From Eledone cirrhosa (lineage: Eukaryota): a stretch of DNA of 64,000 nucleotides. The stretch lies in NCBI GenBank assembly GCA_964016885.1, contig OZ024743.1, positions 335,730,001-335,794,000 of the forward strand, given 5' to 3'. The notes under the pieces are model-generated. The model saw only the letters and a program-made list of their open reading frames with translations. It made no database searches and was not told the DNA's origin. A program made the translations under genes and the position numbers. Shown here piece by piece: positions 1 through 12,800 of this stretch; the first letter of the stretch is position 1; each line of letters opens with the position of its first letter.

Positions 1-689
1 GCTATTGTTGTTGTTGCTGGTGGTGTCAGTGATGGTGGGGATGGTAGCTATGGTGATGTAGCTGCTAGCAACATGATTGCTATTGTTGTTATTGCTGGTG
101 GTATCAGTGATGGTGGGGATGGTAGCTATGGTGATGTAGCTGGTAGCAACATGAATGCTATTGTTGTTATTGCTGGTGGTGTCAGTGATGGTGGGGATGG
201 TAGCTATGGTGATGTAGCTGCTAGCAACATGATTGCTATTGTTGTTATTGCTGGTGGTGTCAGTGATGGTGGGGATGGTAGCTATGGTGATGTAGCTGCT
301 AGCAACATGATTGCTATTGTTGTTATTGCGGGTGGTGTCAGTGATGGTGGGGATGGTAGCTATGGTGATGTAGCTGCTTGTAACATGATTGCTATTGTTG
401 TTTTTGCTGGTGGTGTCAGTGATGGTGGGGATTGTAGCTATGGTGATGTAGCTGCTAGCAACATGATTGCTATTGTTGTTATTGCTGGTGGTGTCAGTGA
501 TGGTGGGGATTGTAGCTATGGTGATGTAGCTGCTAGCAACATGATTGTTATTGTTGTTATTGCTGGTGGTGTCAGTGATGGTGGGGATGGCAGCTATGGT
601 GATATAGCTGGTAGTAACTTGATTGCTATTGTTGTTATTGCTGGTGGTGTCAGTGATGGTGGGGATGGTAGCTATGGTGATGTAGCTGC

Positions 690-3340
690 TTGTAACATGA
701 TTTCTATTGTTGTTGTTGCTGGTGGGGTCAGTGATGGTGGGGATGGTAGCTATGGTGATGTAGCTGGTAGTAACTTGATTGCTATTGTTGTTATTGCTGG
801 TGGTGTCAGTGATGGTGGGGATGGTAGCTATGGTGATGTAGCTGGTAGTAACTTGATTGCTATTGTGGTTATTGCTGGTGGTGTCAGTGATGGTGGGGAT
901 GGTAGCTATGGTGATGTAGCTGGTAGTAACATGATTGATATTGTTGTTATTGCTGGTGGTGTCAGTGATTGTGGGGATGGTAGCTATGGTGATGTAGCTG
1001 CTAGCAACATGATTGCTATTGTTGTTATTGCTGGTGGTGTCAGTGATGGTGGGGATGGTTGCTATGGTGATGTAGCTGGTAGTAACATGATTGCTATTGT
1101 TGTTATTGCTGGTGGTGTCAGTGATGGTGGGGATGGTTGCTATGGTGATGTAGCTGGTAGTAACATGATTGCTATTGTTGTTATTGCTGGTGGTATCAGT
1201 GATGTTGGGGATGGTAGCTATGGTGATGTAGCTGGTAGTAACATGATTGCTATTGTTGTTGTTGCTGGTGGTGTCAGTGATGGTGGGGATGGTAGCTATG
1301 GTGATGTAGCTGCTAGCAACATGATTGCTATTGTTGTTATTGCTGGTGGTGTCAGTGATGGTGGGGATAGTAGCTATGGTGATGTAGCTGCTAGCAACAT
1401 GATTGCTATTGTTGTTATTGCTGGTGGTATCAGTGATGGTGGTGATGGTAGCTATGGTGATGTAGCTGGTAGTAACATGATTGCTATTGTTGTTATTGCT
1501 GGTGGTGTCAGTGATGGTGGGGATGGTAGCTATGGTGATGTAGCTGCTAGCAACATGATTGCTATTGTTGTTATTGCTGGTGGTGTCAGTGATGGTGGGG
1601 ATGGTAGCTATGGTGATGTAGCTGCTAGCAACATGATTGCTATTGTTGTTATTGCTGGTGGGGTCAGTGATGGTGGGGATGGTAGCTATGGTGATGTAGC
1701 TGCTTGTAACATGATTGCTATTGTTGTTGTTGCTGGTGGTGTCAGTGATGGTGGGGATGGCAGCTATGGTGATGTAGCTGGTAGTAACTTGATTGCTATT
1801 GATGTTATTGCTGGTGGTGTCAGTGATGGTGGGGATGGTAGCTAAGGTGATGTAGCTGGTAGTAACATGATTGCTATTGTTGTTATTGCTGGTGGTGTCA
1901 GTGATTGTGGCGATGGTAGCTATGGTGATGTAGCTGGTAGTAACATGATTGCTATTGTTGTTATTGCTGGTGGTGTCAGTGATGGTGGGGATGGTAGCTA
2001 TGGTGATGTAGCTGCTTGTAACATGATTGCTATTGTTGTTGTTGCTGGTGGGGTCAGTGATGGTGGGGATGGTAGCTATGGTGATGTAGCTGGTAGTAAC
2101 TTGATTGCTATTGTTGTTATTGCTGGTGGTGTCAGTGATGGTGGGGATGGTAGCTATGGTGATGTAGCTGGTAGTAACTTGATTGCTATTGTGGTTATTG
2201 CTGGTGGTGTCAGTGATGGTGGGGATGGTAGCTATGGTGATGTAGCTGGTAGTAACATGATTGATATTGTTGTTATTGCTGGTGGTGTCAGTGATTGTGG
2301 GGATGGTAGCTATGGTGATGTAGCTGCTAGCAACATGATTGCTATTGTTGTTATTGCTGGTGGTGTCAGTGATGGTGGGGATGGTTGCTATGGTGATGTA
2401 GCTGGTAGTAACATGATTGCTATTGTTGTTATTGCTGGTGGTGTCAGTGATGGTGGGGATGGTTGCTATGGTGATGTAGCTGGTAGTAACATGATTGCTA
2501 TTGTTGTTATTGCTGGTGGTATCAGTGATGTTGGGGATGGTAGCTATGGTGATGTAGCTGGTAGTAACATGATTGCTATTGTTGTTGTTGCTGGTGGTGT
2601 CAGTGATGGTGGGGATGGTCGCTATGGTGATGTAGCTGCTAGCAACATGATTGCTATTGTTGTTATTGCTGGTGGTGTCAGTGATGGTGGGGATAGTAGC
2701 TATGGTGATGTAGCTGCTAGCAACATGATTGCTATTGTTGTTATTGCTGGTGGTATCAGTGATGGTGGTGATGGTAGCTATGGTGATGTAGCTGGTAGTA
2801 ACATGATTGCTATTGTTGTTATTGCTGGTGGTGTCAGTGATGGTGGGGATGGTAGCTATGGTGATGTAGCTGCTAGCAACATGATTGCTATTGTTGTTAT
2901 TGCTGGTGGTGTCAGTGATGGTGGGGATGGTAGCTATGGTGATGTAGCTGCTAGCAACATGATTGCTATTGTTGTTATTGCTGGTGGGGTCAGTGATGGT
3001 GGGGATGGTAGCTATGGTGATGTAGCTGCTTGTAACATGATTGCTATTGTTGTTGTTGCTGGTGGTGTCAGTGATGGTGGGGATGGCAGCTATGGTGATG
3101 TAGCGGGTAGTAACTTGATTGCTATTGATGTTATTGCTGGTGGTGTCAGTGATGGTGGGGATGGTAGCTAAGGTGATGTAGCTGGTAGTAACATGATTGC
3201 TATTGTTGTTATTGCTGGTGGTGTCAGTGATTGTGGCGATGGTAGCTATGGTGATGTAGCTGGTAGTAACATGATTGCTATTGTTGTTATTGCTGGTGGT
3301 GTCAGTGATGGTGGGGATGGTAGCTATGGTGATGTAGCTG
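690..3340. repeat. Tandem duplication of a 17-monomer block (offset 1326 bp)
   Basis: Rare variants recur exactly 1326 bp (17x78) apart: GGTGGGGTC 721/2047, ATTGTGGTT 862/2188, ATTGATATT 934/2260, TAA 1843/3169, GGCGAT 1909/3235. Ends are approximate. Confidence 0.9.
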
Positions 3341-3894
3341 CTAGCAACATGATTGCTATTGTTGTTATTGCTGGTGGTGTCAGTGATGTTGGGGATGGTT
3401 GCTATGGTGATGTAGCTGGTAGTAACATGATTGCTATTGTTGTTATTGCCGGTGGTGTCAGTGATGGTGGGGATTGTAGCTATGGTGATGTAGCTGCTAG
3501 CAACATGATTGTTATTGTTGTTATTGCTGGTGGTGACAGTGATGGTGGGGATGGTAGCTATGGTGATGTAGCTGGTAGTAACATGATTGCTATTGTTGTT
3601 ATTGCTGGTGGTGTCAGTGATGGTGGGGATGGTAACTATGGTGATGTAGCTGGTAGTAACATGATTGCTATTGTTGTTATCGCTGGTGGTGTCAGTGATG
3701 GTGGGGATGGTAGCCATGGGGATGTAGCTGCTAGCAACATGATTGCTATTGTTGTTGTTGCTGGTGGTGTCAGTGATGGTGGGGATGGTAGCTATGGTGA
3801 TGTAGCTGCTAGCAACATGATTGCTATTGTTGTTATTGCTGGTGGTGTCAGTGATGGTGGGGATGGTAGCTAAGGTGATGTAGCTGGTAGTAAC

Positions 3895-6800
3895 ATGATT
3901 GCTATTGTTGTTATTGCTGGTGGTGTCAGTGATTGTGGGGATGGTAGCTATGGTGATGTAGCTGCTAGCAACATGATTGCTATTGTTGTTATTGCTGGTG
4001 GTGTCAGTGATGTTGGGGATGGTTACTATGGTGATGTAGCTGGTAGTAACATGATTGCTATTGTTGTTATTGCCGGTGGTGTCAGTGATGGTGGGGATTG
4101 TAGCTATGGTGATGTAGCTGCTAGCAACAGGATTGCTATTGTTGTTATTGCTGGTGGTATCAGTGATGGTGGGGATGGTAGCTATGGTGATGTAGCTGGT
4201 AGTAACATGATTGCTATTGTTGTTATCGCTGGTGGTGTCAGTGTTGGTGGGGATGGTAGCTATGGTGATGTAGCTGCTAGCAACAGGATTGCTATTGTTG
4301 TTATTGCTGGTGGTGTCAGTGATGGTGGGGATGGTAGCTATGGTGATGTAGCTGCTAGCAACATGATTGCTATTGTTGTTATTGCTGGTGGTGTCAGTGA
4401 TGGTGGGGATGGTAGCTATGGTGATGTAGCTGCTAGCAACATGATTGCTATTGTTGTAATTGCTGGTGGTGTCAGTGATGGTGGGGATGGTTGCTATGGT
4501 GATGTAGCTGGTAGTAACATGGTTGCTATTGTTGTTATTGCTGGTGGTGTCAGTGATGGTGGGGATGGTTGCTATGGAGATGTAGCTGGTAGTAACATGG
4601 TTGCTATTGTTGTTATTGCTGGTGGTGTCAGTGATGGTGGGGATGGTAGCTATGGTGATGTAGCTGCTAGCAACATGATTGCTATTGTTGTTATTGCTGG
4701 TGGTGTCAGTGATGGTGGGGATGGTTGCTATGGTGATGTAGCTGGTAGTAACATGATTGCTATTGTTGTTATTGCTGGTGGTGTCAGTGATTGTGGGGAT
4801 TGTAGCTACGGTGATGTAGCTGCTAGCAACATGATTGCTATTGTTGTTATTGCTGGTGGTGTCAGTGATGGTGGGGATGGTAGCTATGGTGATGTAGCTG
4901 GTAGTAACATGATTGCTATTGTTGTTATTGCTGGTGGTGAGAGTGATGGTGGGGATGGTAGCTATGGTGATGTAGCTGGTAGTAACATGATTGCTATTGT
5001 TGTTATTGCTGGTGGTGTCAGTGATGGTGGGGATGGTAGCTATGGTGATGTAGCTGGTAGTAACATGATTGCTATTGTTGTTATCGCTGGTGGTGTCAGT
5101 GATGGTGGGGATGGTAGCCATGGTGATGTAGCTGCTAGCAACATGATTGCTATTGTTGTTGTTTCTGGTGGTGTCAGTGATGGTGGGGATGGTAGCTATG
5201 GTGATGTAGCTGCTAGCAACATGATTGCTATTGTTGTTATTGCTGGTGGTGTCAGTGATGGTGGGGATGGTAACTATGGTGATGTAGCTGGTAGTAACAT
5301 GATTGCTATTGTTGTTATCGCTGGTGGTGTCAGTGATGGTGGGGATGGTAGCCATGGTGATGTAGCTGCTAGCAACATGATTGCTATTGTTGTTGTTTCT
5401 GGTGGTGTCAGTGATGGTGGGGATGGTAGCTATGGTGATGTAGCTGCTAGCAACATGATTGCTATTGTTGTTATTGCTGGTGGTGTCAGTGATGGTGGGG
5501 ATGGTAGCTATGGTGATGTAGCTGGTAGTAACTTGATTGCTATTGTTGTTATTGCTGGTGGTATCAGTGATGGTGGGGATGGTAGCTATGGTGATGTAGC
5601 TGGTAGTAACATGATTGCTATTGTTGTTGTTGCTGGTGGTGTCAGTGATGGTGGGGATAGTAGCTATGGTGATGTAGCTGGTAGTAACATGATTGCTATT
5701 GTTGTTATTGCTGGTGGTGTCAGTGATGGTGGGGATGGTAGCTATGGTGATGTAGCTGCTAGCAACATGATTGCTATTGTTGTTATTGCTGGTGGTATCA
5801 GTGATGGTGGTGATGGTAGCTATGGTGATGTAGCTGGTAGTAACATGATTGCTATTGTTGTTATTGCTGGTGGTGTCAGTGATGGTGGGGATGGTAGCTA
5901 TGGTGATGTAGCTGCTAGCAACATGATTGCTATTGTTGTTATTGCTGGTGGTGTCAGTGATGGTGGGGATGGTAGCTATGGTGATGTAGCTGCTAGCAAC
6001 ATGATTGCTATTGTTGTTATTGCTGGTGGTGTCAGTGATGGTGGGGATGGTAGCTATGGTGATGTAGCTGCTTGTAACATGATTGCTATTGTTGTTGTTG
6101 CTGGTGGTGTCAGTGAAGGTGGGGATGGCAACTATGGTGATGTAGCTGGTAGTAACATGATTGCTATTGTTGTTATTGCTGGTGGTGTCAGTGATGGTGG
6201 GGATGGTTGCTATGGTGATGTAGCTGGTAGTAACATGATTGCTATTGTTGTTATTGCCGGTGGTGTCAGTGATGGTGGGGATGGTAGCTATGGTGATGTA
6301 GCTGGTAGTAACATGATTGCTATTGTTGTTATTGCTGGTGGTGTCAGTGATGGTGGGGATGGTAGCTATGGTGATGTAGCTGCTAGCAACATGATTGCTA
6401 TTGTTGTTATTGCTGGTGGTGTCAGTGATGTTGGGGATGGTTGCTATGGTGATGTAGCTGGTAGTAACATGATTGCTATTGTTGTTATTGCTGGTGGTGT
6501 CAGTGATGGTGGGGATGGTAACTATGGTGATGTAGCTGGTAGTAACATGATTGCTATTGTTGTTATCGCTGGTGGTGTCAGTGATGGTGGGGATGGTAGC
6601 CATGGGTATGTAGCTGCTAGCAACATGATTGCTATTGTTGTTGTTGCTGGTGGTGTCAGTGATGGTGGGGATGGTAGCTATGGTGATGTAGCTGCTAGCA
6701 ACATGATTGCTATTGTTGTTATTGCTGGTGGTGTCAGTGATGGTGAGGATGGTAGATATGGTGATGTAGCTGGTAGTAACATGATTGTTATTGTTGTTAT

Positions 6801-9800
6801 TGCTGGTGGTGTCAGTGATGGTGGGGATCGTAGCTATGGTGATGTAGCTGCTAGCAACATGATTGCTATTGTTGTTATTGCTGGTGGTATCAGTGATGGT
6901 GGGGATGGTAGCTATGGTGATGTAGCTGGTAGCAACATGATTGCTATTGTTGTTATTGCTGGTGGTGTCAGTGTTGGTGGGGATGGTAGCTATGGTGATG
7001 TAGCTGCTAGCAACATGATTGCTATTGTTGTTATTGCTGGTGGTGTCAGTGATGGTGGAATTGGTTGCTATGGTGATGTAGCTGGTAGTAACATGGTTGC
7101 TATTGTTGTTATTGCTGGTGGTGTCAGTGATGGTGGGGATGGTTGCTATGGAGATGTAGCTGGTAGTAACATGGTTGCTATTGTTGTTATTGCTGGTGGT
7201 GTCAGTGATGGTGGGGATGGTAGCTATGGTGATGTAGCTGGTAGTAACATGATTGCTATTGTTGTTATTGCTGGTGGTGTCAGTGATGGTGGGGATGGTA
7301 GCTATGGTGATGTAGCTGGTAGTAACATGATTGCTATTGTTGTTATCGCTGGTGGTGTCAGTGATGGTGGGGATGGTAGCCATGGTGATGTAGCTGCTAG
7401 CAACATGATTGCTATTGTTGTTGTTTCTGGTGGTGTCAGTGATGGTGGGGATGGTAGCTATGGTGATGTAGCTGCTAGCAACATGATTGCTATTGTTGTT
7501 ATTGCTGGTGGTGTCAGTGATGGTGGGGATGGTAGCTATGGTGATGTAGCTGGTAGTAACTTGATTGCTATTGTTGTTATTGCCGGTGGTATCAGTGATG
7601 GTGGGGATGGTAGATATGGTGATGTAGCTGGTAGTAACATGATTGCTATTGTTGTTGTTGCTGGTGGTGTCAGTGATGGTGGGGATGGTAGCTATGGTGA
7701 TGTAGCTGGTAGTAACATGATTGCTATTGTTGTTATTGCAGGTGGTGTCAGTGATGGTGGGGATGGTAGCTATGGTGATGTAGCTGCTAGCAACATGATT
7801 GCTATTGTTGTTATTGCTGGTGGTATCAGTGATGGTGGTGATGGTAGCTATGGTGATGTAGCTGGTAGTAACATGATTGCTATTGTTGTTATTGCTGGTG
7901 GTGTCAGTGATGGTGGGGATGGTAGCTATGGTGATGTAGCTGCTAGCAACATGATTGCTATTGTTGTTATTGCTGGTGGTGTCAGTGATGGTGGGGATGG
8001 TAGCTATGGTATTGTAGCTGCTAGCAACATGATTGCTATTGTTGTTATTGCTGGTGGTGTCAGTGATGGTGGGGATGGTAGCTATGGTGATGTAGCTGCT
8101 TGTAACATGATTGCTATTGTTGTTGTTGCTGGTGGTGTCAGTGATGGTGGGGATGGCAACTATGGTGATGTAGCTGGTAGTAACATGATTGCTATTGTTG
8201 TTATTGCTGGTGGTGTCAGTGATGGTGGGGATGGTTGCTATGGTGATGTAGCTGGTAGTAACATGATTGCTATTGTTGTTATTGCCGGTGGTGTCAGTGA
8301 TGGTGGGGATGGTAGCTATGGTGATGTAGCTGGTAGTAACATGATTGCTATTGTTGTTATTGCTGGTGGTGTCAGTGATGGTGGGGATGGTAGCTATGGT
8401 GATGTAGCTGCTAGCAACATGATTGCTATTGTTGTTATTGCTGGTGGTGTCAGTGATGGTGGGGATGGTTGCTATGGTGATGTAGCTGGTAGTAACATGA
8501 TTGCTATTGTTGTTATTGCTGGTGATGTCAGTGATGTTGGGGATGGTTGCTATGGTGATGTAGCTGGTAGTAACATGATTGCTATTGTTGTTATTGCTGG
8601 TGGTGTCAGTGATGGTGGGGATGGTAACTATGGTGATGTAGCTGGTAGTAACATGATTGCTATTGTTGTTATCGCTGGTGGTGTCAGTGATGGTGGGGAT
8701 GGTAGCCATGGGGATGTAGCTGCTAGCAACATGATTGCTATTGTTGTTGTTGCTGGTGGTGTCAGTGATGGTGGGGATGGTAGCTATGGTGATGTAGCTG
8801 CTAGCAACATGATTGCTATTGTTGTTATTGCTGGTGGTGTCAGTGATGGTGGGGATGGTAGATATGGTGATGTAGCTGGTAGTAACATGATTGTTATTGT
8901 TGTTATTGCTGGTGGTGTCAGTGATGGTGGGGATCGTAGCTATGGTGATGTAGCTGCTAGCAACATGATTGCTATTGTTGTTATTGCTGGTGGTATCAGT
9001 GATGGTGGGGATGGTAGCTATGGTGATGTAGCTGGTAGCAACATGATTGCTATTGTTGTTATTGCTGGTGGTGTCAGTGTTGGTGGGGATGGTAGCTATG
9101 GTGATGTAGCTGCTAGCAACATGATTGCTATTGTTGTTATTGCTGGTGGTGTCAGTGATGGTGGGGATGGTAGCTATGGTGATGTAGCTGCTTGTAACAT
9201 GATTGCTATTGTTGTTGTTGCTGGTGGTGTCAGTGATGGTGGGGATGGTAGCTATGCTGATGTAGCTGGTAGTAACATGATTGCTATTGTTGTTATTGCT
9301 GGTGGTGTCAGTGATGCTGGGGATGGTAGCTATGGTGATGTAGCTGGTAGTAACATGATAGCTATTGTTGTTATTGCTGGTGGTGTCAGTGATGGTGGGG
9401 ATGGTAGCTATGGTGATGTAGCTGGTAGTAACATGATTGCTATTGTTGTTATTGCTGGTGGTGTCAGTGATGGTGGGCATGGTAGCTATGGTGATGTAGC
9501 TGGTAGTAACATGATTGCTATTGTTGTTATTGCTGGTGGTGTCAGTGTTGGTGGGGATGGTAGCTATGGTGATGTAGCTGCTAGCAACAGGATTGCTATT
9601 GTTGTTATTGCTGGTGGTATCAGTGATGGTGGGGGTGGTAGCTATGGTGATGTAGCTGGTAGTAACATGATTGCTATTGTTGTTATTGCTGGTGGTGTCA
9701 GTGATGGTGGGGATGGTAGCTATGATGATGTAGCTGCTAGCAACATGATTGCTATTGTTGTTATTGCTGGTGGTGTCAGTGATGGTGGGGATGGTAGCTA

Positions 9801-12800
9801 TGGTGATGTAGCTGCTAGCAACATGATTGCTATTGTTGTAATTGCTGGTGGTGTCAGTGATGGTGGGGATGGTTGCTATGGTGATGTAGCTGGTAGTAAC
9901 ATGGTTGCTATTGTTGTTATTGCTGGTGGTGTCAGTGTTGGTGGGGATGGTAGCTATGGTGATGTAGCTGCTAGCAACATGATTGCTATTGTTGTTATTG
10001 CTGGTGGTGTCAGTGATGGTGGGGATGGTTGCTATGGAGATGTAGCTGGTAGTAACATGGTTGCTATTGTTGTTATTGCTGGTGGTGTCAGTGTTGGTGG
10101 GGATGGTAGCTATGGTGATGTAGCTGCTAGCAACATGATTGCTATTGTTGTTATTGCTGGTGGTGTCAGTGATGGTGGGGATGGTTGCTATGGTGATGTA
10201 GCTGGTAGTAACATGATTGCTATTGTTGTTATTGCTGGTGGTGTCAGTGATTGTGGGGATTGTAGCTACGGTGATGTAGCTGCTAGCAACATGATTGCTA
10301 TTGTTGTTATTGCTGGTGGTGAGAGTGATGGTGGGGATGGTAGCTATGGTGATGTAGCTGGTAGTAACATGATTGCTATTGTTGTTATTGCTGGTGGTGT
10401 CAGTGATGGTGGGGATGGTAGCTATGGTGATGTAGCTGGTAGTAACATGATTGCTATTGATGTTATCGCTGGTGGTGTCAGTGATGGTGGGGATGGTAGC
10501 CATGGTGATGTAGCTGCTAGCAACATGATTGCTATTGTTGTTGTTTCTGGTGGTGTCAGTGATGGTGGGGATGGTAGCTATGGTGATGTAGCTGCTAGCA
10601 ACATGATTGCTATTGTTGTTATTGCTGGTGGTGTCAGTGATGGTGGGGATGGTAACTATGGTGATGTAGCTGGTAGTAACTTGATTGCTATTGTTGTTAT
10701 TGCTGGTGGTGTCAGTGATGGTGGGGATGGTAACTATGGTGATGTAGCTAGTAGTAACATGATTGCTATTGTTGTTATCGCTGGTGGTGTCAGTGATGGT
10801 GGGGATGGTAGCCATGGTGATGTAGCTGCTAGCAACATGATTGCTATTGTTGTTGTTTCTGGTGGTGTCAGTGATGGTGGGGATGGTAGCTATGGTGATG
10901 TAGCTGGTAGTAACTTGATTGCTATTGTTGTTATTGCTGGTGGTATCAGTGATGGTGGGGATGGTAGCTATGGTGATGTAGCTGGTAGTAACATGATTGC
11001 TATTGTTGTTGTTGTTGGTGGTGTCAGTGATGGTGGGGATGGTAGCTATGGTGATGTAGCTGGTAGTAACATGATTGCTATTGTTGTTATTGCTGGTGGT
11101 GTCAGTGATGGTGGGGATGGTAGCTATGGTGATGTAGCTGCTAGCAACATGATTGCTATTGTTGTTATTGCTGGTGGTATCAGTGATGGTGGTGATGGTA
11201 GCTATGGTGATGTAGCTGGTAGTAACATGATTGCTATTGTTGTTATTGCTGGTGGTGTCAGTGATGGTGGGGATGGTAGCTATGGTGATGTAGCTGCTAG
11301 CAACATGATTGCTATTGTTGTTATTGCTGGTGGTGTCAGTGATGGTGGGGATGGTAGCTATGGTGATGTAGCTGCTAGCAACATGATTGCTATTGTTGTT
11401 ATTGCTGGTGGTGTCAGTGATGGTGGGGATGGTAGCTATGGTGATGTAGCTGCTTGTAACATGATTGCTATTGTTGTTGTTGCTGGTGGTGTCAGTGATG
11501 TTGGGGATGGTTGCTATGGTGATGTAGCTGGTAGTAACATGATTGCTATTGTTGTTATTGCTGGTGGTGTCAGTGATGGTGGGGATGGTAACTATGGTGA
11601 TGTAGCTGGTAGTAACATGATTGCTATTGTTGTTATCGCTGGTGGTGTCAGTGATGGTGGGGATGGTAGCCATGGGGATGTAGCTGCTAGCAACATGATT
11701 GCTATTGTTGTTGTTGCTGGTGGTGTCAGTGATGGTGGGGATGGTAGCTATGGTGATGTAGCTGCTAGCAACATGATTGCTATTGTTGTTATTGCTGGTG
11801 GTGTCAGTGATGGTATGGATGGTAGATATGGTGATGTAGCTGGTAGTAACATGATTGTTATTGTTGTTATTGCTGGTGGTGTCAGTGATGGTGGGGATCG
11901 TAGCTATGGTGATGTAGCTGCTAGCAACATGATTGCTATTGTTGTTATTGCTGGTGGTGTCAGTGATGGTGGGGATGGTAGCTATGGTGATGTAGCTGCT
12001 AGCAACATGATTGCTATTGTTGTTGTTGCTGGTGGTGTCAGTGATGGTGGGGATGGTAGCTATGGTGATGTAGCTGCTAGCAACATGATTGCTATTGTTG
12101 TTGTTGCTGGTGGTGTCAGTGATGGTGGGGATGGTAGCTATGGTGATGTAGCTGCTAGCAACATGATTGCTATTGTTGTTGTTGCTGGTGGTGTCAGTGA
12201 TGGTGGGGATGGTAGCTATGGTGATGTAGCTGCTAGCAACATGATTGCTATTGTTGTTGTTGCTGGTGGTGTCAGTGATGGTGGGGATGGTAGCTATGGT
12301 GATGTAGCTGCTAGCAACATGATTGCTATTGTTGTTGTTGCTGGTGGTGTCAGTGATGGTGGGGATGGTAGCTATGGTGATGTAGCTGCTAGCAACATGA
12401 TTGCTATTGTTGTTATTGCTGGTGGTATCAGTGATGGTGGTGATGGTAGCTATGGTGATGTAGCTGGTAGTAACATGATTGCTGTTGTTGTTATTGCTGG
12501 TGGTGTCAGTGTTGGTGGGGATGGTAGCTATGGTGATGTAGCTGCTAGCAACATGATTGCTATTGTTGTTATTGCTGGTGGTGTCAGTGATGGTGGGGAT
12601 GGTAGCTATGGTGATGTAGCTGCTTGTAACATGATTGCTATTGTTGTTATTGCTGGTGGTGTCAGTGATGGTGGGGATGGTAGCTATGGTGATGTAGCTG
12701 GTAGTAACTTGATTGCTATTGTTGTTATTGCTGGTGGTGTCAGTGATGGTGGGGATGGTAGCTATGCTGATGTAGCTGGTAGTAACATGATTGCTATTGT

